DNA of 63,459 bases, the filler included, from Phoronis australis (taxonomy: Eukaryota > Animalia > Phoronida), in assembly GCA_002633005.1 (NCBI GenBank). It is 4 parts of 4 records of this genome, joined end to end, with 100 filler letters (N's around TTAATTAATTAA, not from the genome) between each part and the next. Parts side by side here need not be neighbours in the genome. Positions count along the whole stretch, not along the records: positions 30,495 to 56,564 come from NMRA01000516.1; 3 more parts are not named here. One strand, 5' to 3'. The notes under the pieces were generated by a model. The model had not been told where the DNA came from and ran no database searches. It worked only from the letters and a program-made list of their open reading frames with translations. The translations under genes and the position numbers were made by a program. Of this stretch, positions 36,593-47,600 are shown in pieces. Numbering within the stretch: the stretch's first letter is position 1; each line of letters opens with the position of its first letter.

Positions 36593-38362
36593 ATGGACTT
36601 GATCAAGATTATAATGGTTTTTGTGTTGGTAGCGGAAGACATAAAGGCAGCTCCTTGCAACAGCCCGTTCAATCCAGTTGGCAGCCATTATGTGATGCAA
36701 ACACTTGATGTCGTACAGCCTTTGGAAATGAAGTCAGGGACAAGATGGTCAAAAGCGTGGGACGACAATAGTACCGTTAATTTGAACATAACGTGTGAAA
36801 ATGGATACTACACACCGGACAGACGTGGAAATAAGATTGCAACTTTCGTCTTCCGATTTGCGTGCAATTTGAACTCAAAACCACCTCAACCTTGTCGACG
36901 ATTCTCATGTTTTCCATTTAAAGACACCATCCCAACCAATTCCGAACCTATCTATCATCCTCATCTGAACAAGTATAAAAATGGTAAAGGGCAAATTTTG
37001 AGACCCGGAGATAAAGAGTTCACAGTTGATATGTATGAAATCTGGGTGGGAGACGAACAGTTTTATAAATGTAAAGAAGGATTTTCTTTCGGCGGAATGA
37101 ACGACCTTGTCTCTCAAAATTGCACATTTCCACACTTGAATAAAGGCCCACCTGATAGGGTTTCAGGATGTACTGATCGTATTACATGCCAGCTCCCTGG
37201 TGTTCGAAGTGTCATATTTCACTACGGTAACTCCCCACCTCTTTCGAATGTGGTCAAATTTTCTGAGAAACTAAAAATTTATTGTAGGACAGGTTATCAG
37301 ATTGAAGGCGGGAAAACCAGCTACACGACTACTTGTAAATACAAGCACAACAAATATAACTCAAAAGCAAAAGCGAGTTACAGGTCGAAACCGGGACTAG
37401 TGCCAGATTTGAATCAGTGCCGGCCAGTTAGTTGCGCACGTGCGTTCTCTAATGGCGTCTCTCGTCTCGTTCATACTGTGTACAGTTTCAACGAAACCGT
37501 CGTGTTTCGTTGTCACCCAGGGTTTTTGACAGAAGCTGGTGCTGAACTAGAATTGGCTACATGCACATATGGGGGCAAATACGGAGACTGGAATAAAGCC
37601 ACCATATGCACAAGAAGGGTGAAATATTGCGTGTTGTCAATGAAACCCGAAGTAAACTATGTAGCCGTAGTTAATGGAACAGAATTCAAAGCTGGCTCGG
37701 TGATTCAGGTGAAGGTGGGAGATACCGTCATGTATAAATGTCAGACAGGTTACAGTTTTGACGGCGCCTATCTTGACACCACGGGACTGACATGTAATAA
37801 GTTGGGTAAAATTAAGCAGCCATCGTTGTGTAAGAAACCTCGTGCAGATAATGCCATTGCCTTGGGTACTAAGAACAAATCTACCGGCGACATGGCAAGC
37901 ACAGTGTTGAAGCAGGCCACGGTAGGAGCCGTGGTTGGGTTTCTTTTGCTTCTGTGCTGCATAGGCACAATTATTAATCACCACAATAAGCAGTATCCGA
38001 GGCAAGTCGGGGTACAGACCGATATAACTGAAGGCGGAGATCACAATGATACGTGGAAGTCATCAAACATTGATTCACTCTTCCAAGTGAGTGACCAGTC
38101 TGGCACTAAGAGTTTTGAAACGCAACTAGGTAGTGCGAGCGAAGTTGACAAGCTGACACTCGAAAAAGTCGAGACACCAAGCAACTTGGACAATTACCAA
38201 ATAGGGTCACTCAAATTGATGGAAGAGCTTGACCACGTTAAAGATGTTCCTGGGACATCAAAAGAAACTGAGAGGAACAAATGTGTATCGAAGAGCAATG
38301 AAATGGGTGTCGATTGTGAAGAAAAGCTTGATAAATCTTACGAGAAAGGCCGGATTTGTTAG
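36593..38362 (+). CDS. Type I membrane protein with ~5 divergent Sushi/CCP (SCR) domains; single coding exon, 589 aa
   Basis: Long uninterrupted ORF with an N-terminal signal peptide. Repeated C..CxxG(Y/F)..C..C modules (ITCENGY, YKCKEGF, IYCRTGY, FRCHPGF, YKCQTGY), a TM helix ATVGAVVGFLLLLCCIGTII and a ~125-aa acidic cytoplasmic tail. Confidence 0.9.
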   Translation: MDLIKIIMVFVLVAEDIKAAPCNSPFNPVGSHYVMQTLDVVQPLEMKSGTRWSKAWDDNSTVNLNITCENGYYTPDRRGNKIATFVFRFACNLNSKPPQPCRRFSCFPFKDTIPTNSEPIYHPHLNKYKNGKGQILRPGDKEFTVDMYEIWVGDEQFYKCKEGFSFGGMNDLVSQNCTFPHLNKGPPDRVSGCTDRITCQLPGVRSVIFHYGNSPPLSNVVKFSEKLKIYCRTGYQIEGGKTSYTTTCKYKHNKYNSKAKASYRSKPGLVPDLNQCRPVSCARAFSNGVSRLVHTVYSFNETVVFRCHPGFLTEAGAELELATCTYGGKYGDWNKATICTRRVKYCVLSMKPEVNYVAVVNGTEFKAGSVIQVKVGDTVMYKCQTGYSFDGAYLDTTGLTCNKLGKIKQPSLCKKPRADNAIALGTKNKSTGDMASTVLKQATVGAVVGFLLLLCCIGTIINHHNKQYPRQVGVQTDITEGGDHNDTWKSSNIDSLFQVSDQSGTKSFETQLGSASEVDKLTLEKVETPSNLDNYQIGSLKLMEELDHVKDVPGTSKETERNKCVSKSNEMGVDCEEKLDKSYEKGRIC

Positions 38363-38404
38363 CCACGCTACTTGCGAAATGGTGTGATCGAAACGTTTTC
38401 AAGT

Positions 38405-38435
38405 TAAACACATTAAAGGTGTGATTTTATTTTGC
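38405..38435. terminator. Opposed poly(A) signals of the two convergent genes
   Basis: ATTAAA on + at 38412-38417 and AATAAA on - at 38431-38426, within the 112 bp separating the two stop codons. Confidence 0.55.
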
Positions 38436-38474
38436 TAGAACGAAGGAAAAAGGACTTTAATTTTCATGACGACT

Positions 38475-38621
38475 TTATCCAATAACGGGTTGTCCTATAG
38501 TGCGTCCTCGAACGGCAGGAAGTTTTCCACGTAATTGGTTTCCAGAGGTGTTGAGAACGAAATCGAGATATGGCGACCGCCTTGACATTGCAGCCAAACT
38601 GTCTCCTACCAAAGCTTGGCC
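38475..38621 (-). CDS. Terminal exon of LPMO-like/CHRD gene
   Basis: GQALVGDSLAAMSRRSPYLDFVLNTSGNQLRGKLPAVRGRTIGQPVIG*; GNQLRGKL resembles the CHRD end motif GE(I/L)RGQ(I/L). Confidence 0.75.
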   Translation of the reverse strand, partial: GQALVGDSLAAMSRRSPYLDFVLNTSGNQLRGKLPAVRGRTIGQPVIG

Positions 38622-41600
38622 CTGCAATGAATAAGAGAAAATTGCGTATATATAATCCTTTTCGAGAGTCCAACGTTTAAAGTATCATTCGAATTCCATG
38701 TGGTGCAAAATTGAATTTACGACAATTCTTCGGCAGTGTGAAAATGAAAATTTTAATGCATAAAATATCCTACCTCAAAAAACATTGACTTGGACAAATG
38801 ATTTGCGTACAGCGTCGTTTTTGTGGTGTTTAACGAGCTGAAGGTAGCAACGGGTCTCCCATTACTTTCGACCAGCAACGACCCAACAACAAGAGAATCT
38901 GTCAGGTCGTGAATCAAACCGCTGAAAATAGGAGATTTAAACAGGGTCATTGGATATTATATTCACCAATTTCCATGTGTTCACGTACTGATGCCGCTTG
39001 CATTCATATAAACAATTGTACAAGATATAACAGCGTTACAGTGACACAGATACAACAGCGTTACAGTTACACATATACAACAGCGTTACAGTTACACAGG
39101 TACAACAGTGTTATAGTGACACAAAAACGACATTAAGAACTAGATCACTAACTACTACCTTTCATTTCATTTCAAGACGAAATTTCTTCAAAACCGCTCT
39201 TACAGTTTCCTAAATTATCATTTCGTTTTCATTTTATGTAACTTTTGAGTTTCTTTGAAAAATCACAGCAGCCATATTTTTGATAATCCTTCATGGAAAA
39301 CTAGCATTTTAAAACTTGGAGAACGGTGCATAAAGCATAGTGAAGGTTTCATATGAAGCTGATCAGTCATTCTGAGATACGGTGTTCCGGCGAAATTAGC
39401 CAAATTTGGACTTTTTGTGGGGTTCTACATAGCTTATTAATCCCTTGAAATAAGTACAACATAATGCTTTATTCTTGATCAAGGTATTGCTTCATGAAGT
39501 CTTCTCGCAACCTGTTCTCAGAGTTTCCCTTAAACGTAAGCAATGGCATAAAAACAAAATGTTATTTCAAAAGTTACAGGTTTGCGCTTGACTTGGTACG
39601 GTAGGTACTTCTAGACAATGACTCACTTTCGATACTTTGACTACAGGTGCAAAGTTTGGTTCACAAACATCAGTTGCAGAACGAAACACTCAAGCCCATG
39701 TATCTCCAACAAAAATTTCAGCTTTCTGGGAGACTCGAACCCCTGCTGTTAGAGAACATTACGGATGCGCATACCAAGTCTTCCTCTTATTCGTAGTCAC
39801 CAAGCGCACTGGAGACGAAATGCACGCTACGTATGCCTTAAGCAATGATTTGTTGGGTAAATCATGTAAACAAGCAATTGCAGAAATGTCTTGTCCAAGT
39901 GTACGTATGAAATTTTTAGAAAACACTACACCATTACGACTTTCAAGTCCTGTATAAAGTATCTCAATGGAGTAAATTAAGTTAACAAGGAAATAATCTA
40001 ATACTAGAGATTTTAACCCAAATTTCATACAAATGCATTCGGTGGCCCCTTCAGAATTCAAATAACGCAGAGTAAAAAGTTAACGTTACTCTGCCCATCA
40101 GGCAAATAAGACTTGCGAATTGGCTAAAAAGTAAATTCTAATTGTCTTGTTACCTCACATGAAGTTTCCCGTCGCTGTGCAGAACAAACGAAACTAGTGC
40201 ATTGTACGGTGTTTGGGCAGAGAGTCCACGGTCCAATGGCTTGCCGTCCTGAGTCAGATAACTTGTTTGACCTAAGACACGAAGGTGGAGGTACTTTGAT
40301 TTTCGTCAACAATTTTTTCTCGGTCTCATTAAAGATTAAAGGTCTCCAAGTTTGACTTAAATTACACACTATTTCGTCTTTCACATACTTCGGATGAGAC
40401 AGTCATTTCACCTTTAAGAATTGAAATTGAATCTTACGTCTATTTTCATTCTTAGCTTCTAATAATAAAAAATAAAAATAATAATTGCAGGCGGTCTGAT
40501 ACATGTTGTACCAGACATGCGCAGGCCTCGCATGTGGGCCCATTGCACTGATCACCTGGAAATATTTTTATGCTTTATTAATATATCGTTTAAACCGAGC
40601 TTAGAAGCTAGAAACCTGGCTCAAGGGTTTAGCAGTGTGACCTGGTGGGACTCGAACACATGACCTCGAGTAAAGAAAGCGGGCACTTATCAACCAGGCC
40701 ACACTGCCTCCTCTCTTAGCTTCTTAGTCAACAGGCAATTTCTGCCATCTGGTGTCAAGTTATTTTGTGGCCGTAAATAGAGATTGTGGGACTTGGGACT
40801 TCCATACATTTGAAGATTCAACACGCAAGTAAATAAAAAGCCTGTTATGTTATCAGCTACTTTACTTCTGGGCAAATAAACTTGTTCTAACAATTGTTGA
40901 ACTTAGACAAAATATTACAGCGTAATGCTCAGTGCTGAAAAGAAAATATACCTGAGTACGGTGTTGCTCCTACCTGTTATATTCCAGCAGAAAGAAGAAT
41001 GGCAAAATATTTCAAACAAATGGGTTTGTGTTCCACGCAACTTACACACTTCTTGGTGGTTGTTTTTGTCACACTTCATAAACTTGGGTATTTCGCCTTT
41101 GATTCTTCTGTTATCCGATGGATTCATGTCACTAGTGGTGACGTCTAACGTCAGCAAGCCCGACTGAAGCATGAGTATTTGCTCGCTCGAGGTAAACTGT
41201 TAATAGACAACACAGTACAGTCAGCTTAATGTAACTCCTTCATTTATCTACTGTTTTGTGGGACCAATTAAGGGTATGAGTGAATATAGAAAACTGTCAA
41301 ACGTAGGAACGCTATGCCCTGAAGATGACTGATCCGGGGAACTTAAGTGATCCTATGACTTGTGGCATGTTTACCAAAGTAGCGTTGGGAATTCTTAAAA
41401 TATTCCACTTTTCCACGAGGGGATTTCAAAATCTGAGTTAATGGGATGTGATGAAAATTTTGAAAGCTGCATAAACCCGAAACGAAGAGATGCTGCAAAA
41501 TGCAACGTTTTTGAGATTGCATGTTGAATGATACTTTCTCACCTGACCTGGAATGTGTAACGACACGACTGGTTAATAACACCGAGTACGTAATTTTTTT

Positions 41601-44600
41601 ATATTACATGGGCAAATCACAAAGTAGTGCAAAGTAGAAATCCATACGCCTTACATTTTATCGTCTGCAAAATACTGAAACAACCAAACGCGCGTTAACC
41701 AAACAATGCCGGAAATTCCGAGGTGACAAGTTTATGATTGACAAATCGGGTGTCACAACTGTACGTACTACCAGTATGAAGGACATAAAAACATCTTCTT
41801 AAACGGACCCATCTTTTATATCCACGTTCATTCACTGAGATGAGCCCCAACTCAAGAGACGCGACGAGCAAGCCTCGGGATTTTGACGAAATTTCCAAGA
41901 GGTTTTGCCCATGTCATAAACCTGAGACAAGTGTAGGATTTTCTATTTTTCAAGTGAGTATACCAGGAAAATATGGTCACGTGAACGTTTAATGGTAGAT
42001 AAGTATGAAGTTAATATTCAAATACTATGAATATATACTAATAATGTATATATATTTTAATGAGTTAATTATCCTCTGAATATATTTTGCAAAAGGCACA
42101 CGCTTGCCGATGGTAACACACACATAGATCAATCGACCGACAAGGCTTCAAATCTGTGGGGTCATGCTAGCGTCTTCATTGATACGTACTGTAAATGCAT
42201 TTTTTTTCGCAATATATTAGAACCCCATGCGCGCACCCAGCCTTATATGGGGGGCTCGAATCTCTCACAAATTGGACCTTTTACTCACAAAAAGAGGGAG
42301 GACTAAAAAAAACTGGATACCACCTTCAGGTCTGTGAATTGTGCTTCTGCGCCTTTTTAGTGGACTTTTGTCTCGGACTTTTTGTTTCTCTAAGCCGGAC
42401 CTTTTTACCCACTTCGTCAAATGCAGGGGCTCGTTTGAGCCTCCCGACCCCCCCANTGTAGGATTTTCTATTTTTCAAGTGAGTATACCAGGAAAATATG
42501 GTCACGTGAACGTTTAATGGTAGATAAGTATGAAGTTAATATTCAAATACTATGAATATATACTAATAATGTATATATATATTTTAATGAGTTAATTATC
42601 CTCTGAATATAATTTGCAAAAGGCACACGCTTGCCGATGGTAACACACACATAGATCAATCGACCGACAAGGCTTCAAATCTGTGGGGTCATGCTAGCGT
42701 CTTCATTGATACGTACTGTAAAGGCATTCTTTTTCGCAATGTATTAGAACCCAATGCGCGCACCCAGCCTTATATGGGGGGCTCGAATCTCTCACAAAGT
42801 GGACCTTTTACTCACAAAAAGCGGGAGGACTAAAAAAACTGGGTACCACCTTCAGGTATGTGAATTGTGCGTCTGCGCCTTTCTAGTGGACTTTTGTCTC
42901 GGACTTTTTGTTTCTCTAAGCCGGACCTTTTTACCCACTTCGCCAAATGGAGGGGCTCGTTTGAGCCTCCCGACCCCCCNCCCCCCCCCCGGGTGCGTGC
43001 ATGAACCCATATCACTGACAATGCTGTCACATCTTCACTGACCCTAGTTGTCATCATGTGCTTTGCATTCTCGTTGTATTAGAATCTGAATGCAAAGTAT
43101 ATTATGTAAGACAAATTATGCATGGTTGCAATTTTAATTAATGCGCCTGATGGCCAGAGTCAAGCGATCGCAGTGCCTCAATGAAAAGATTTGCGCGCCA
43201 ATGACGTGGGCGCGCTTCTAAAATGGTCCCTGCACATGACATTAAGAAACTTGAGTCAAACATACAGTAAACCACATTATGTTCCCCTGTATTTGCCTAT
43301 TGTAATTAATTCTTGGTCTAACATTGCCTAGTAAACTTTGATTCATACAAAATCATTTTTAAACGTTTACCTGAAGTATGCCTTTGACGATCCATTTATT
43401 TCCAATGATGCTGGATGCCGATGACGTTAGATCAAAGAGCTCACCAGGCGGTCCATTTACAGTCACGTGACTTAAAGAACTATTAACGCCAACACCAGAC
43501 AAGTCCACCTGAAGAAATCCGATACTAGGATTTAATACAACACCCTAAGCCCCAAAATGCCGGGCGGTACTGCTCATAAAAATATTCAAAGTGGGACCAG
43601 TTGAGTAATTTTCAAAATAATCAAACGTATTATTATGCCCTGTAGTGAATATTGAACTTGTATACGAATAATTATGTCAATATCAATATGGCGTGGAAAA
43701 TATGTTGCGAACATTTAGTCTTGCCAGCACACCGTCTGTTGGCCACTTCAGACTTATAGGCTATTCATTGGGTCACGTGATGTGGCCAGTTAGAGATGGC
43801 GTGCAGACAAGATTTAAATGTTTGCAAAATATTAAACTTGTCATTCCAAATGTCCACTTTAAGCAAAATATAACAACCCCTATATGAACTATAAGCTAGT
43901 CAATATAAATGAGAGAAAGAAAGTTCTTTCTAAGGAACGTAAAAATGGAAATGCCGCCAACACTGGAAACCTTGTGGAAAGAGATAGAGAAACTGCGTGG
44001 TCTTCTCTCTTTCACTCCTCTCTCTCCCTCTCCGTCTCCCTCCCCCCCTCTCTTTCCCCATCTCTCTCTCACTAATGAGATACTTTCACTCTTTCTCTCN
44101 NNNNNNNNNNNNNNNNNNNNNNNNNNNNNNNNNNNNNNNNNNNNNNNNNNNNNNNNNNNNNNNNNNNNNNNNNNNNNNNNNNNNNNNNNNNNNNNNNNNN
44201 NNNNNNNNNNNNNNNNNNNNNNNNNNNNNNNNNNNNNNNNNNNNNNNNNNNNNNNNNNNNNNNNNNNNNNNNNNNNNNNNNNNNNNNNNNNNNNNNNNNN
44301 NNNNNNNNNNNNNNNNNNNNNNNNNNNNNNNNNNNNNNNNNNNNNNNNNNNNNNNNNNNNNNNNNNNNNNNNNNNNNNNNNNNNNNNNNNNNNNNNNNNN
44401 NNNNNNNNNNNNNNNNNNNNNNNNNNNNNNNNNNNNNNNNNNNNNNNNNNNNNNNNNNNNNNNNNNNNNNNNNNNNNNNNNNNNNNNNNNNNNNNNNNNN
44501 NNNNNNNNNNNNNNNNNNNNNNNNNNNNNNNNNNNNNNNNNNNNNNNNNNNNNNNNNNNNNNNNNNNNNNNNNNNNNNNNNNNNNNNNNNNNNNNNNNNN

Positions 44601-47600
44601 NNNNNNNNNNNNNNNNNNNNNNNNNNNNNNNNNNNNNNNNNNNNNNNNNNNNNNNNNNNNNNNNNNNNNNNNNNNNNNNNNNNNNNNNNNNNNNNNNNNN
44701 NNNNNNNNNNNNNNNNNNNNNNNNNNNNNNNNNNNNNNNNNNNNNNNNNNNNNNNNNNNNNNNNNNNNNNNNNNNNNNNNNNNNNNNNNNNNNNNNNNNN
44801 NNNNNNNNNNNNNNNNNNNNNNNNNNNNNNNNNNNNNNNNNNNNNNNNNNNNNNNNNNNNNNNNNNNNNNNNNNNNNNNNNNNNNNNNNNNNNNNNNNNN
44901 NNNNNNNNNNNNNNNNNNNNNNNNNNNNNNNNNNNNNNNNNNNNNNNNNNNNNNNNNNNNNNNNNNNNNNNNNNNNNNNNNNNNNNNNNNNNNNNNNNNN
45001 NNNNNNNNNNNNNNNNNNNNNNNNNNNNNNNNNNNNNNNNNNACTCAAAGAATTATTTAATTGGACTCTACTCAGAGAATAACTTACTTGGACGCCACTC
45101 AAAGACGGCTTGCTCCTTTGTTCTTGCCTGTTAACCGATAGAGTGAGGACGCTGTTTGACGGCACCGCTCCTATGATTTTGTTGACGGCGTTAATGAAGA
45201 TGACTCGATTCTGAATGTGGTAGTCTGTTTCATCAAGTATACCTGGCGCAGATAAATAGATTTGCGCATCAAACTACTGGCACAACTTAGCTTACCTGCG
45301 TTTTATCACACTATACTAGTTGACAATATGCACACCTACGTGCATTCATAGCAATGGCTGCAAAATAAATTTTAGGATAACCTATGAACTATCCACGTTA
45401 GACATGTTTTGTGTTTCGTTTCGATAAAAAATATTTGTCGAATGATGACATTGGGAATTGCTCGTCCGATGAGCCCCTAACCCTATCCTCCCCTGCCAGT
45501 GGTAGAGTGAACCAGTCCGAGGCAATTTCGCAAATGCCAGGTTTTTGTCTATAGCCCAAGTTCCTTGAACATTGGGCTTATGACGTAGATAACGTAGCCT
45601 TTTTGCATCAACTTACTAGCGCCATTGCTGGTATAGATATCAACTGAAGCCGTCTTATCGATATCGCGCCCACTGGTAATGAGACCAGAAACAGTAGTAA
45701 CTTGGCCTCGGAATGTGGTGAAAGTTACAATTCCATGAAAAAGAGACCTGTCGCTTTCTCCAAAGATGGCCTGCAAAAGATCATGGTTTATAACTCGTGG
45801 GTGCTGAGATAATGCCATCACTCATTTTTTCATCAACTCTTCATGTACGTTAACGACATGGTCAAGCAGAGTTTCAGAACAAAGCGGTTCTAATGCGCTT
45901 GTCTTCTCAGGCAATGTAGCAGTCCAACATGGGGGTGTCACACGGTCCCACCTCATTATTTCTAAGTGTTCTACCAATGTAACTGTGAACTCCTCACGTT
46001 TTAGTAGTTTTAGTAATATTTGAACAGATTATTCAACTGACCTGTAACTAAGGGTGTATTTTGCTGAAGTGAAATTAATTTTTCCGAAATAATTGCGTGA
46101 AGCGTAAGAAAAGTGATCCGTTTCATGACATGCGACCAACAGTTGCCAAATGGTCAGCTCAGACAATTGTGATAAGTTATTTTTAAAAAATTGAATTATA
46201 ATAAGCAGTTGCATGTACACAGACAAGCGTTTATTTAACAACTGTGAACTGAAATGCTAAGGAAAAATTCTCAACTAACACTGAAGTCACTTTTTGTGAA
46301 CAAAGTCCCAGTGAATTTGACTTAACAGGATTCGCCACAGTTTGCCAAAAAACAGCCATTGTTTTATGGTACTGACTGGTTTATAAAAAAATTGATCACT
46401 GTTTTTATTTCAACTGACTTATTTTAAGGGAGTTAGACACAATTTGTTAAAATGTCGTAAAACAGTTATTGTTTTAAGACATTGAACAATTTCTAATACT
46501 TTTAAATGTGATTTTATATTCGAAATATCAGGTTATTTAATTTGAAAAATGTTTTTTTGGATTCGTTTTTTATTATTTTGCGTGTAATAATAACGCGCGT
46601 CGCCAGAATTTCACATTGGCATTATACTAAACGATAGGAAAATAAGTGTTACTTAATTCAAACGGCAATTTTGAAATTATTAAAGAAAAAACTTCTCGTC
46701 TTATAGTGTTTGTATCAACTAAACTTACTGCACCCTCCGACAACATGGCCAACTAGCGAAGTGTAGCAAGGTAATCGTGGTCTTGAAATTGGCGCGCTTT
46801 TTAAGAAGGGGCATTCTTAAAATACAATACTGTTTGAGTAAGGAGCTCAAAAAGATACAGGATGAGCATCAAACTGAAACACCAGAAACATTTAACACTA
46901 AAATTAAACAAGTTTTGAAAGGGATTTCAATCATCGGTTTCATTAGACGTGCTTATTCAGTAGCCCACCTCAAATTTTACATTATTGTCAGAGGTGCGTT
47001 TGTTCAGACGGCCGTATCCATAGACCACGCTGTAATGGAAATGCTAATTCAGTGCAGATTTGTAGTAGGCAATGACCGAAATACAAAATGTGAAAATTAA
47101 AAAAGATCAAAGATAAAATAAAGCAGTGCAGGAATCCCCTTAAATGTTACTTTTGCGTCCAATTTCTGTTATTTTGGCGCGCCACATCAAATTTCACAGT
47201 GACATCATAACAAACAACAGGCAAAAAGCCTAATGTCTTCATTACAGAAATAAAGTAGCTTGATTGATTGATTCAAACAATTGCTCCTTGCATACCATAA
47301 ACGCCTCAATGCTAAAACTTTATTAGAGTAGAGAGACAAAGCGGCATTTACAATAATTGGAATTCCAGCTGTTGCCTCTCTGCTATGTCAAAACATACAT
47401 GCGGCATTATAACTTGTCATGAGAGCAAGTCAACATCGATTCTAATAAGGAAAATACAAAGAAAATTTAAATGGCATTCCCTTCTGCTTACCAAAACTCC
47501 ACACTAGAGGACAGTATTTCGAGCAAATTCAGTTTCGAAGTATCGCTATCACAGTAGGAATTCATCACCGTCCCTTTGAAGATCATCTCAAGCATTTGAG

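Noticed and set aside
39775-39949. Open minus-strand segment with AG/GT ends that looked like an exon of the LPMO-like gene
   Set aside because: Joining it to 41046 creates TGA, and its phase does not fit 40154. Exon 40271-40154 splices in phase directly to 38921.
40635-40710. Possible tRNA gene
   Set aside because: A and B boxes are present but I could not fold a convincing cloverleaf, and the sequence continues into a SINE-like body.
41932-42980. ~525-bp direct duplication around a single N at 42456
   Set aside because: Same signature of unmerged allelic contig overlap.
43909-45165. Long ORFs of 359-383 aa in the ORF track
   Set aside because: They consist of the 44100-45042 N-gap. Only 45088-45242 is a supported exon; another exon may be hidden in the gap.
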